Below, piece by piece: positions 18,051-26,470 of a stretch of 45,732 nucleotides of DNA. Source of the stretch: Sandaracinaceae bacterium (lineage in GTDB: Bacteria; Myxococcota_A; Polyangia; Polyangiales; Sandaracinaceae); assembly GCA_044220955.1 (NCBI GenBank), contig JBGAQA010000053.1, positions 1-45,732 of the forward strand, written 5' to 3'. Numbering within the stretch: position 1 is the first letter of the stretch; every line of letters begins with the position of its first letter. The notes under the pieces were generated by a model, which made no database searches, had not been told where the DNA came from, and saw only the letters and a program-made list of their open reading frames with translations. Position numbers and translations under genes: made by a program.

Positions 18051-18997
18051 CCGATCCGGTCGCGGCCTGCTTGTTTCGCCGCCAGCAGGCGCTCGTCGGC
18101 GACGCGCATGAGGCCCGGCTCGTCCCGCGCGTCGGCGGGAAGGAGCGCGATCCCGGCCGAGATCGTCGTGCGCAGCTGCAGGTCACCGAAGCCGATGCAG
18201 AGCGCCCGCACCTCGCGGAGCACCTGCTCGACGAGCGACGTCGCGGCGGCGGAGTCCGTCCGAGCCATCGCGATCGCGAGCTCGTCCCCGCCGAGGCGTG
18301 CCGTCAGGCCGCGCGCGCCCACGATGCGGCCGAGGAGCCGGCCGATCTCCTTGATCGTCTGCGCGCCCGCGAGGTGGCCGTGCGCGTCGTTGATGGCCTT
18401 GATCCCGTCGATGTCGAGCATGACGATCGCGAGCGGCTCGCCCGAGAGGTTCGCCGCCTCGACCAGCGCGGCGAGGTCGGTCTCGAAGCGACGGCGCGAG
18501 AGCAGACCCGTGAGGTCGTCGCGCGCGATGCGCTCGATCACGGCGTGGTCGAAGGCCTGCTCGACGGGGTCGTGCATCTCGAGCCGCATGAGCGTGTCGC
18601 CGACGCCGAGCTGATCGCCGCGCACGAGGAACGCCTCCTTCCGGATCGGCGCGCCGTTCACCTCGGTGCCGTGCTTGCTGCCGAGGTCGCGCACGCGGAT
18701 GCCTCCCAAGCGGCCGTCCTTGGCGCGGACGACCTCGACGATGGCGTGCTTCCACGAGACGGCGGGATCGCGGAGCACGAGGTGGTTCTCCGGGCCGCGG
18801 CCGATCGTGACCGCGCCGTCCACCAGGGTCCGCTCGCCCAGCTGCGGGCCGGCGAGCACGACGAGGACGGCCTTCTTCTCGTCGTCGGCCGGTGGACGGC
18901 TCGAGCCGGGCCGGATGGCGGTGAGGTCGGGCAGGGTGCGCGTCCCGTCCCGCACCGTCGTGTGCAGGTCATGGGGCGGTTTGCCGCTACGCGTCAC
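18047..18997 (-). CDS. FHA domain + GGDEF-family dinucleotide cyclase (GGDEL)
   Basis: FHA: TIGRG...VSWKHA...DLGSKHGT. GGDEF: DDLTGL, DIDGIKAINDAHGH, RLGGDEL, TISAG, AD..L..AK..GR. Confidence 0.92.
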   Translation of the reverse strand: MTRSGKPPHDLHTTVRDGTRTLPDLTAIRPGSSRPPADDEKKAVLVVLAGPQLGERTLVDGAVTIGRGPENHLVLRDPAVSWKHAIVEVVRAKDGRLGGIRVRDLGSKHGTEVNGAPIRKEAFLVRGDQLGVGDTLMRLEMHDPVEQAFDHAVIERIARDDLTGLLSRRRFETDLAALVEAANLSGEPLAIVMLDIDGIKAINDAHGHLAGAQTIKEIGRLLGRIVGARGLTARLGGDELAIAMARTDSAAATSLVEQVLREVRALCIGFGDLQLRTTISAGIALLPADARDEPGLMRVADERLLAAKQAGRDRIG

Positions 18998-19101
18998 GCA
19001 GGCAGCTTAGCAAGCCGCCACGAGGACCGAGAAATGCGTCGCAGGCGGAACCCACGGAACTTCCCGACACGGCCGGTGTCGGACCGGGCGCGGAGGTGTC
19101 C

Positions 19102-19320
19102 ATGCGCCCCTTGATCCTCGCGATCCTGCTCTGTGCCCCGAGCCTCGCCCTGGCCCAGGATCCGGCGCCCACGGTGCTGCCGCCGGTCGTCGTCCACGGC
19201 ACTCCGCCGGCGCCGATCACGGTGTTCATCCCGCGGGCGCGGATGCACTACGAGCGCACGGACCTCTCGCGCCACGCCGTCGATCGCATCGTCGAGAGCG
19301 TCCGGCACGCCCCGTTCTGA
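19102..19320 (+). CDS. Small secreted hypothetical protein (72 aa)
   Basis: GGAGG RBS at 19092-19096; signal peptide ALA-Q; C-terminus RIVESVRHAPF. Confidence 0.7.
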   Translation: MRPLILAILLCAPSLALAQDPAPTVLPPVVVHGTPPAPITVFIPRARMHYERTDLSRHAVDRIVESVRHAPF

Positions 19321-19326
19321 GGCCGC

Positions 19327-19749
19327 TCAAGACGGGCGGACGACGGTCAGACCCTCGGCGAGCGCCGCTGCCGAGAGCACGTGATCGGTACACCAGAACC
19401 GAACGGCGCCGCCCTTGCGTAGCTCGAGGGCCGAGGCGAGCTGCACGGCATCGTAGCCGCGCAGCGGGTGCCGACACACCAGGACGCGTGTGGCTGCGGT
19501 CACGCGCGGACGCAGCTCGACGATTCGCCAGCGTCGGACGTCTTCGTCGAGTCGATCGAGCGCCGCGTCACGCTGACCCTGGCCGAGCACACCGTCACGC
19601 GCCAGGCGGGCGAGCGTCGCAGCGACCTCGACGTGGGCGATCCGCGCGACCGCCACGGCGACGGATCGCGTGGCGCGCTCAACCGCCGCGGAGCCCGGCT
19701 CCGCTGCATAGCGCTTCACGAGCGCGCTCGAGTCGAGGAACTCGATCAA
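19327..19749 (-). CDS. vapC: Type II toxin, VapC PIN-domain ribonuclease
   Basis: FLDSSALVKRY..EPGS, HVEVAA, LRGYDAVQLASAL, FWCTD; start overlaps the antitoxin stop. Confidence 0.9.
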   Translation of the reverse strand: MIEFLDSSALVKRYAAEPGSAAVERATRSVAVAVARIAHVEVAATLARLARDGVLGQGQRDAALDRLDEDVRRWRIVELRPRVTAATRVLVCRHPLRGYDAVQLASALELRKGGAVRFWCTDHVLSAAALAEGLTVVRPS

Positions 19750-20018
19750 CGACGATCCTCGAGAAGGTAGTCGGACGCGAGGACCGCGCGTCGCAGCTTG
19801 ATCGGCTCGAACTTCCGCACGCGCCTCTTGTCCTCCCGCGTGATGACGCCGTCCGCCTCGAGCTGCGCGAGTGCGGCGTCCTCGTGTCGCGTCGCCACGA
19901 CGGCGCGGATCTCCGCCACCACGGTTCCGCGATCCGTGATCTCGACGAGCTCGCCCGCGCGGACTCGCCGAACGTAGTGGCTGAGCCGGTTCTTCAGTTC
20001 CTTGGTTCCGACGCGCAT
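19746..20018 (-). CDS. Type II antitoxin, Phd/YefM family (90 aa)
   Basis: MRVGTKELKNRLSHYVRRVRAGELVEITDRGTVVAEI; lies directly upstream of the PIN toxin. Confidence 0.92.
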   Translation of the reverse strand: MRVGTKELKNRLSHYVRRVRAGELVEITDRGTVVAEIRAVVATRHEDAALAQLEADGVITREDKRRVRKFEPIKLRRAVLASDYLLEDRR

Positions 20019-20024
20019 GCCAAG

Positions 20025-20045
20025 ATGGTAGCTACGGTAGCTACC
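20025..20045 (-). promoter_or_regulatory. TA operator (two GTAGCTAC palindromes) overlapping the -10 box TACCAT
   Basis: GTAGCTAC at 20028-20035 and 20037-20044; minus-strand TACCAT lies 6 nt before ATG 20018. Confidence 0.75.
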
Positions 20046-20056
20046 GAGAGCCAGCG

Positions 20057-20341
20057 TCAGCTGGCCCACTCTCCGTGTTCCGGGAACTCACCCTTCCGGC
20101 GGCACCGCAGCAGCCACAGACTGACGCGGCGAAACACGTGGTCACCCCGGTCCCACTCGGCGCCTGCGAGTCGCTCGATCCGCTCTTCGTCGAGGTAGAC
20201 GCGGGCTCTCCCGAGGAGGACGCCGACCTGCAGAAGCCGTGTCCGGCGCTCCGGATCCTGGCGCCAGTCCGGCTGTTCGTACTCGTACTCGGCGTACTCC
20301 AGCTCGAGTGCGACCCGGCGGAGCGGAATGTGGAATGCCAC
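20057..20341 (-). CDS. Possible small hypothetical protein (94 aa)
   Basis: GTG 5 nt after the alaS stop; fills the alaS-antitoxin gap; composition differs from Arg/Ala-rich shadow ORFs; no recognised motif. Confidence 0.4.
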   Translation of the reverse strand: MAFHIPLRRVALELEYAEYEYEQPDWRQDPERRTRLLQVGVLLGRARVYLDEERIERLAGAEWDRGDHVFRRVSLWLLRCRRKGEFPEHGEWAS

Positions 20342-20346
20342 GCCGC

Positions 20347-23052
20347 CTACTTCACGAGCTCGTACACGCGCGCGACGGCCTCGGCGAGCTTGCTGGGATC
20401 GTTGCCACCCGCCTGCGCGAAGTCGGGGCGGCCGCCGCCGCCTCCGCCGACGATCGCGGCTGCGTCCTTGACGATGTCGCCGGCCTTGAAGCGCTCGCTC
20501 GCGTCCTTGCTCACGCTGCACGCGAGCAGCGCGCGGCCGTCCTTCGTCGCCGTTCCCACGAGGACGACGGCAGGGGCGAAGCGATCGCGAAGCCCGTCCG
20601 CAAGCTCGCGGAGCAACTTCGGGTCGCCGCAGTCCACCACCTCGCCGATCACGTTCAACCCGCCCACGGCCCGGACGCTCGGGCGTGTGTGGCTCTCGTG
20701 CGCCGTGCCCCCGAGCCGGGAGCCGCCCTGCATGAGCTTGCGCCGGAGCTCCTCGATCTCCTTGTCCTTCTCCTTCACGCGCCCGAGCAGGTGCTCGACC
20801 TTCTCGGCGGTCTGCGCCGGCGAGCCCTTCAGGAGCGCCGCGGTCTTGCCGAGCTCGCGCTCGATCGTCCGCACGTGCGCGAGCGCGCCGGTGCCGGTGA
20901 CGGCCTCGACGCGCCGCACGCCCGCGGCCACCCCGGTCTCGCTCAGGATCTTGAACATGCCGATGTCGCCCGTGCGGCCCGCGTGCGTGCCGCCGCAGAG
21001 CTCGATCGAGTCGTCCGTCATGCGGAGCATCCGCACGACCTCGCCGTACTTCTCCTCGAAGATGCCGATCGCGCCTCGGGCCTTCGCGTCGGCCATCGGG
21101 AGCACCTCGGTCTCGACGGGCGCGTTCACGAGGATCTTCCCGTTGACGAGGTCCTCGATCTTCTGGAGCTCTCCCAGCTCGAGCGGGCGGTTGCCCGAGT
21201 AGTCGAAGCGCAGACGATCGGGCGAGACGAGCGAGCCCTTCTGCATCGCGGTCGGGCCGACGACGGTTCGCAGCGCCCAGTGGAGCAGGTGCGTCGCCGA
21301 GTGGTTGCGGCGCGTCGCGCCGCGGCGCGCGTGATCGACCTCGAGATCCACCCCCGCGCCGAGCTCGATCGACCCCCTCTTCATCACGCCGCGGTGGACG
21401 AAGAGGCCCTCGACGGGCTTCTGCGTGTCGTCGACCTCGAACACCGCGTCGCCCGTCTGGCCCGCGTGCGAGGCCCGGATGACGCCGTGGTCGCCGACCT
21501 GTCCGCCCGACTCGCCGTAGAAGGGCGTGATGCGCGTGACGATCTCGCCCCGCTCACCCTCGCGGAGCGCCGGAACACGAGCGCCGTCCCTCACCAGGGC
21601 CGCGACCGTCGAGCCGGCGCGCTCCTTGTCGTAGCCGACGAACGAGACCGCGCCGATCTCTCTCGCGATCTCGTGGTGGACGTTGCTCACGGCCTCCTCG
21701 CCGACCTTGCTGCCCTGGCTGCGCTCGCGCGCGCGCTCGAGCTCCTGCTCGTAGCCGGCGTGATCGATGGCGAAGCCCTGCTCGGCGGCGATCACGTCCT
21801 GCAGGTCGAGCGGAAAGCCGAACGTGTCGTGGAGGCGGAACGCGATGGCGCCCGGCAGGAGCCGGAGGCCGTCGGGCGTCACGCGCCACTCGGTGTTCTT
21901 CGCGAGCAGCTCGAGGCCCTTGTCGAGCGTGCGGCGGAAGCGCTCCTCTTCCTGCCGGGCGACGTCGGCGATCAGCGCCGCGCGCTCGCGCAGCTCCGGA
22001 TAGATGTCGCCCATCATCTCGACGACCTTCATCGCGCACTCGTGCAGGAAGGGGCGCTCGATACCGAGGCGGTGGCCATGGCGGATGCCGCGGCGCATCA
22101 CGCGGCGCAGCACGTAGCTGCGGCCATCCTTGTCGGGCGTCACGCCCTCGGCGATCAGGAACGCCGTCGTGCGCGCGTGGTCGGCGATGACGCGCATCGA
22201 CACGTCGTCGGGCGCGAGCGTCGCGCCGTACGTCTTTCCGCTGATCGTCGCGGCGAGCTCCACGATCGGCCGCAGGAGGTCGGTGTCGTAGTTGCTCGTC
22301 ACGCCCTGCGCCGCGGCGGTCAGCCGCTCGAGGCCGGCGCCCGTGTCGACGCTCTGCGCGGGGAGCGGCACCAGCGTCCCGTCGGCGAAGCGCTCGAACT
22401 GCATGAAGACCAGGTTCCAGAGCTCGACCCAGCCCGCGCCGTCCGGACCCGGCTCCTGATCGAAGCGCGCGAGGTCCGGCGCTCCCGTCCCCATCCAGTA
22501 GTGGATCTCGGTGCACGGGCCGCAGGGGCCCGTGTCGCCCATGGACCAGAAGTTGTCCTTCTTTCCCATGCGGATGATCCGCTCGGGCCCGAAGCCGGTG
22601 GTCTTCGCCCAGAGCTCACCGGCCTCCTCGTCGGCGGGCACGCCGTCTTCGCCGCCGAAGATCGTGACGACGAGGCGCTCCTGCGAGAGCCCGAGGCCCG
22701 ACGCGTCGGTGATGAAGGCCCACGCGAGCTCGATCGCGTCCTTCTTGAAGTAGTCGCCGAACGAGAAATTCCCCATCATCTCGAAGAAGGTGTGGTGTCG
22801 CGCCGTGACGCCCACGTTCTCGAGATCGTTGTGCTTACCGCTGATCCGGATGCACTTCTGGGCCGTGGTCGCGCGCCTGTACGGGCGTGGGTCCTTGCCC
22901 GTGAAGACGTCCTTGAACTGCACCATCCCGGCGTTGGCGAACATGAGCGTCGGGTCGTTGCTCGGGACGAGCGGACCGGAAGCGACGCGCTGGTGCGCGT
23001 GCGCGGCGAAGTGGGAAAGGAAGGCCTCCCGGATCTCTCTCGACGTCTTCAT
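20347..23052 (-). CDS. alaS: Alanine--tRNA ligase
   Basis: DPTLMFANAGMVQFK, HHTFFEMMGNFSFGDYFK, VDTGAGLER, DHART, HSATHLLH, ELCGGTH, GGGGRPDFAQAGG. Confidence 0.99.
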   Translation of the reverse strand: MKTSREIREAFLSHFAAHAHQRVASGPLVPSNDPTLMFANAGMVQFKDVFTGKDPRPYRRATTAQKCIRISGKHNDLENVGVTARHHTFFEMMGNFSFGDYFKKDAIELAWAFITDASGLGLSQERLVVTIFGGEDGVPADEEAGELWAKTTGFGPERIIRMGKKDNFWSMGDTGPCGPCTEIHYWMGTGAPDLARFDQEPGPDGAGWVELWNLVFMQFERFADGTLVPLPAQSVDTGAGLERLTAAAQGVTSNYDTDLLRPIVELAATISGKTYGATLAPDDVSMRVIADHARTTAFLIAEGVTPDKDGRSYVLRRVMRRGIRHGHRLGIERPFLHECAMKVVEMMGDIYPELRERAALIADVARQEEERFRRTLDKGLELLAKNTEWRVTPDGLRLLPGAIAFRLHDTFGFPLDLQDVIAAEQGFAIDHAGYEQELERARERSQGSKVGEEAVSNVHHEIAREIGAVSFVGYDKERAGSTVAALVRDGARVPALREGERGEIVTRITPFYGESGGQVGDHGVIRASHAGQTGDAVFEVDDTQKPVEGLFVHRGVMKRGSIELGAGVDLEVDHARRGATRRNHSATHLLHWALRTVVGPTAMQKGSLVSPDRLRFDYSGNRPLELGELQKIEDLVNGKILVNAPVETEVLPMADAKARGAIGIFEEKYGEVVRMLRMTDDSIELCGGTHAGRTGDIGMFKILSETGVAAGVRRVEAVTGTGALAHVRTIERELGKTAALLKGSPAQTAEKVEHLLGRVKEKDKEIEELRRKLMQGGSRLGGTAHESHTRPSVRAVGGLNVIGEVVDCGDPKLLRELADGLRDRFAPAVVLVGTATKDGRALLACSVSKDASERFKAGDIVKDAAAIVGGGGGGRPDFAQAGGNDPSKLAEAVARVYELVK

Positions 23053-23219
23053 GGCGGACGCGGAACGTGAAGCGCCCGCGCTGCCAGGGCAAGGCCATCG
23101 GCCGGGCTCGTGTTCGGGTCACGTCGATCGCGTGCACCTCGGCGTGTGGGCGCGCGCGCGAGGCGCACGCGCGAGCGCTGAGCGGCCGTGGGCACGGCGT
23201 TCGCTTCGGGAAGATCTCC

Positions 23220-24062
23220 ATGCGCGCGTGGCTCACATCGACACTGCTCCTCTGTGCGTTCGTGGCCGGCTGTCTCGCGCACGAGCGGCCAGGCGAGCTG
23301 ACCGACGCAGGTGGGACGCTGCCGGACACGTCGACCGAGGCCCGGGACGTGGGGCCTCCGCCGCCGATGCTCGACGCTGCCCTGGTGCTCGACGCCGGTC
23401 CCGCGCCCGCGTGCACGCTCGACGAGACGTCCGTGGGCGTCCGCATCGAGCCGGTCACGGCCGAGGTCGCTCGCTGCGCGTTCACGCACGCCGACGGCGC
23501 GACCCTCATGGGGATCGACGGGGCACCGGCCGACGACGGCATCCGCGTCCACCTCGATCTCTGTCCGCTCGCCGACGCCGACTGTCGCTGCGACGTGGTC
23601 GTGAGCCACGTGGGCACGGACGTCGCGAGCGACCTCGGGCCCGTCGACGGCGTCGTGATCGATCTGGCGCAGGGCGAGGGCTTCTTCCCGGGCGCCTACC
23701 TCTCCATCACGAAGGTGCCGACCTGCGAGTGCAACGGCTGCGGCTGCAGCGAGCCGCTCTACCTCTATGCGGCGAGCGCGCCGCCCGACTTCGCGCAGCA
23801 CGTCCCGGCGCCGATGACCTTCTCGAACGGGCCGACCGTCTGTCCGATGGCCGACTGCACGTTCGGCGGCAGCTCGATGTTGCACGCGGTCGGCGACGCG
23901 GGTGAGGCCGACATCCCCGGCGGGGAGCAGCGCGACATCGGTCCGGTGCACGTGCGCACCGTCCGTGACGTGGAGGTCTTCGCGCCGTGCGCGGCGTGCG
24001 CGGGCTGCGGCACGCCGACCGGCGCGTGGATCGCCTGGATCTCCAGCGCCCTCACCCCGTAG
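23220..24062 (+). CDS. Cys-containing lipoprotein, hypothetical
   Basis: Lipobox FVAG-C, DAG-rich linker, multiple Cys motifs (CECNGCGC, CAACAGC). Confidence 0.75.
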   Translation: MRAWLTSTLLLCAFVAGCLAHERPGELTDAGGTLPDTSTEARDVGPPPPMLDAALVLDAGPAPACTLDETSVGVRIEPVTAEVARCAFTHADGATLMGIDGAPADDGIRVHLDLCPLADADCRCDVVVSHVGTDVASDLGPVDGVVIDLAQGEGFFPGAYLSITKVPTCECNGCGCSEPLYLYAASAPPDFAQHVPAPMTFSNGPTVCPMADCTFGGSSMLHAVGDAGEADIPGGEQRDIGPVHVRTVRDVEVFAPCAACAGCGTPTGAWIAWISSALTP

Positions 24063-24182
24063 CGCCTGGACCGGGCACTCTCGCTGATCAGCAATTGCGT
24101 CGGCTCGCCGCTCCGGCCCCTCCCGTCCGCGGGCTGCGCCCGCTTCCGTCCGGGACCTCCGTGGCGAGCTCTCCCGTGGTGA

Positions 24183-25124
24183 TCAGCGTAGCCAGTAGTC
24201 GCCGAAGAGGCGCGCGCCCGCCCAGCCGACCTCGGGACAGCTGACGTTCCCGTTGTGGTCGAGATCCTCGGCGTCTCCGACGCGATGCGCGTGGAACGTG
24301 GAGCCGGGTCGCACCATCACCTGCAGGCTCGTCGCGATCGAGAGGCAGGGGTCGCTGTAGCCGAGCACCTGCTGATCGACGCCCGGCTCGGCGCTGCCCT
24401 CGAACACGTCGAGGTCGGTCACCGTGCCGCTCAAGAGGACCGACGCGCGGAACGCGGCGTACGCTTGCTGCGGGCCGCTGCACACGACCGCGGTCGCGTC
24501 GATGGTCACGCCGGGGTTGCCGTCCATGTCCTCGTCCACGGCCAGGGCCGGCTCCATCATCGTGGGCAGCGGATCCGTCTCCGGCATCGCCAGGGTCGCG
24601 CCGATGACGACCGTCGCGCGAGGCGGAGAGAAGACCGCGCCGATCGGGCTCGCGTCGGAGAGGTAGTCGCCCTGGAAGTCGAGGATGTGCGTTCGGATGG
24701 CCTGCTCGGCTGCTGGGGCGAAGGTGAGCGAGGCGACGCCGTTGATGGTCGTCAGATCGATCACGCACGCCTGGATGCGCGCGCGCACGTTCGTTCCGTT
24801 CTGCAGGATGCGCACGCGGTAGAGCTGGCGCGTCTCGATGTCGACGACGACGTTCGCGAGGACCACGACCTCCAGGGCGAAGATGCCGGTGAGCGGGCCC
24901 GCGCCCGTCGTGTCCCAGTCCTCGAGCGGCTCGGGCGGTACGTCGGGGGGCCCCGAGTCCACGTGCACGCCGGTGTCGTGCGGCCGGTTCGCGTCGCGGC
25001 TCCCCGCGTCACAGCAGTGATCCTCGTGAAGGATCGCGTAGCCGTCGCGGCTCGGACCGCAGGAGAGCGCCAGCAGCGCGGCGACCGCGATCGTCTGGCT
25101 CGACGCCTTGGCGCGGGCGCTCAC
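24183..25124 (-). CDS. Lipoprotein, last gene of the FadL-like operon
   Basis: GTGA overlap with the upstream gene; lipobox LALS-C; DxDxDG-like motifs DEDMDGNPG and EDLDHNGNVS. Confidence 0.75.
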   Translation of the reverse strand: MSARAKASSQTIAVAALLALSCGPSRDGYAILHEDHCCDAGSRDANRPHDTGVHVDSGPPDVPPEPLEDWDTTGAGPLTGIFALEVVVLANVVVDIETRQLYRVRILQNGTNVRARIQACVIDLTTINGVASLTFAPAAEQAIRTHILDFQGDYLSDASPIGAVFSPPRATVVIGATLAMPETDPLPTMMEPALAVDEDMDGNPGVTIDATAVVCSGPQQAYAAFRASVLLSGTVTDLDVFEGSAEPGVDQQVLGYSDPCLSIATSLQVMVRPGSTFHAHRVGDAEDLDHNGNVSCPEVGWAGARLFGDYWLR

Positions 25125-26470
25125 CACCGCGCCTCCGCCGAGATCTGCACCGACGGGACGAATCCGCCGTAGGAATAGCCTGCGCCGCCGAGGTAGCCCG
25201 CGTTTCGCATCCACGTCGCATCGTCGCGGAAGCGGCGGAAGTCCTTCTCTTCGTGCGCCTCCTCCAGGATGGAGAGGCGGAAGCTCGCGCGCAGCGTGAA
25301 GGTCAGGGATCGATCGCCCGTGAGCTCGTCGAGGCGGGCCGCGGCGCCGAGCGAGGCGTGGTGCGTGTCGTTGATCAGGATGTTGGAGGGGCCGCCGAAG
25401 TTCTGGAAGGGCGCGCGCACGTACGTGTAGCCGAGCATCAGATCGAGGCCGGGCGTCGCCGTGATGCGGACTCCTCCCGCGGGGACGAGCGTGTCGCCGA
25501 AGCGCCCGGGCGCAGGATCGTGGTAGCCGGTCATCGCCTCCGACCAATGTTGCCACGTCAGGTCGGCGCTGAGCTCGAGCCAAGAAACCGGCCTTCCGGA
25601 GACGCCGAACGCGAGCTCGTGGGGGCGCACCCAGTGCGCGAAGCGATGCACGTAGCCGATGTCGGCGAAGCCGGGCACACCCTGGATGCGGCTCCAGCCC
25701 CAGTCGTCGATGTAGCTGGCCGCGCGGTAGGTGACGCCGAAGCGAAGCTCGTCGATCGGCATGATCGCGACGCTCGCGATCGGCGAGACGCGCGCGGAGA
25801 CCTGGCCCTGCGCGCCGATGCGAGTGCCGACGTCGATGACGCCGGGCGTGGTCGTGGAGTCGACGTTCGTCTCCGCGGCGGTCGTGTACAGCGAGACGGC
25901 CAGGCCGAGGCGTGCCGAGAGGCCGAGGGAGAGCCAGTCCACCGGGCGGTACGCGATGCCGGCCTCGAGCGAGAGGTGACGCGAGCCGTCGGTGAGCGTC
26001 ATCCACTGGATGTCGTCGTCCGGACGCACCGTGTACGCGAAGAGGCTGGTGACCGGCGTGGAGATCGAGAGGCCTGCCACGAGCCCCTCGACGCCCAGCG
26101 AGTGCCCGAGGTCGAAGCGGCCCCCGATCACGACCGAGCTGGTCTCGGCGAGGGCCGGCGTGCATGCGCCGCCCATTCCGCTCGGACAGATCCCCAGGGT
26201 CACCCCGCCGGACGTCACGTGGACGAGGGGCTGGCCGTAGACGAAGCCGATGGTGAGCTCCGCGAGGCCGGGCCGCATGCCGCGCGGCGCGAGCAGGGCG
26301 GGCGCGTAGTGGACCGATGCGAAGCCCACGGGCACGGCGGTGACGGCGTTGCCGAGAGCGGCGACCTCGGGGCCGACGCCCATCTCGTCCTCGAGGTCGG
26401 CGCGGGCGAGCGAAGGCGAGAGCGAGACCGCTAGCGAGAGCGCGAGGCCGAGCGTGAGCGGACGGCTCAT
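25121..26470 (-). CDS. OmpP1/FadL/TodX-like outer-membrane beta-barrel
   Basis: Signal peptide ARA-D; hatch-like AALGNAVTAV...HYAPALL; amphipathic strands; ADLTWQHWS; C-terminal Trp. Confidence 0.7.
   Translation of the reverse strand: MSRPLTLGLALSLAVSLSPSLARADLEDEMGVGPEVAALGNAVTAVPVGFASVHYAPALLAPRGMRPGLAELTIGFVYGQPLVHVTSGGVTLGICPSGMGGACTPALAETSSVVIGGRFDLGHSLGVEGLVAGLSISTPVTSLFAYTVRPDDDIQWMTLTDGSRHLSLEAGIAYRPVDWLSLGLSARLGLAVSLYTTAAETNVDSTTTPGVIDVGTRIGAQGQVSARVSPIASVAIMPIDELRFGVTYRAASYIDDWGWSRIQGVPGFADIGYVHRFAHWVRPHELAFGVSGRPVSWLELSADLTWQHWSEAMTGYHDPAPGRFGDTLVPAGGVRITATPGLDLMLGYTYVRAPFQNFGGPSNILINDTHHASLGAAARLDELTGDRSLTFTLRASFRLSILEEAHEEKDFRRFRDDATWMRNAGYLGGAGYSYGGFVPSVQISAEARW

Noticed and set aside
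19327..20341. TA module as part of a prophage or integrative element
   Set aside because: No integrase, transposase, tRNA or att-like repeats seen.
20239..23070. 943-aa plus-strand ORF, and likewise 42302-44899 on minus
   Set aside because: Antisense shadows of alaS and pnp caused by high GC3.
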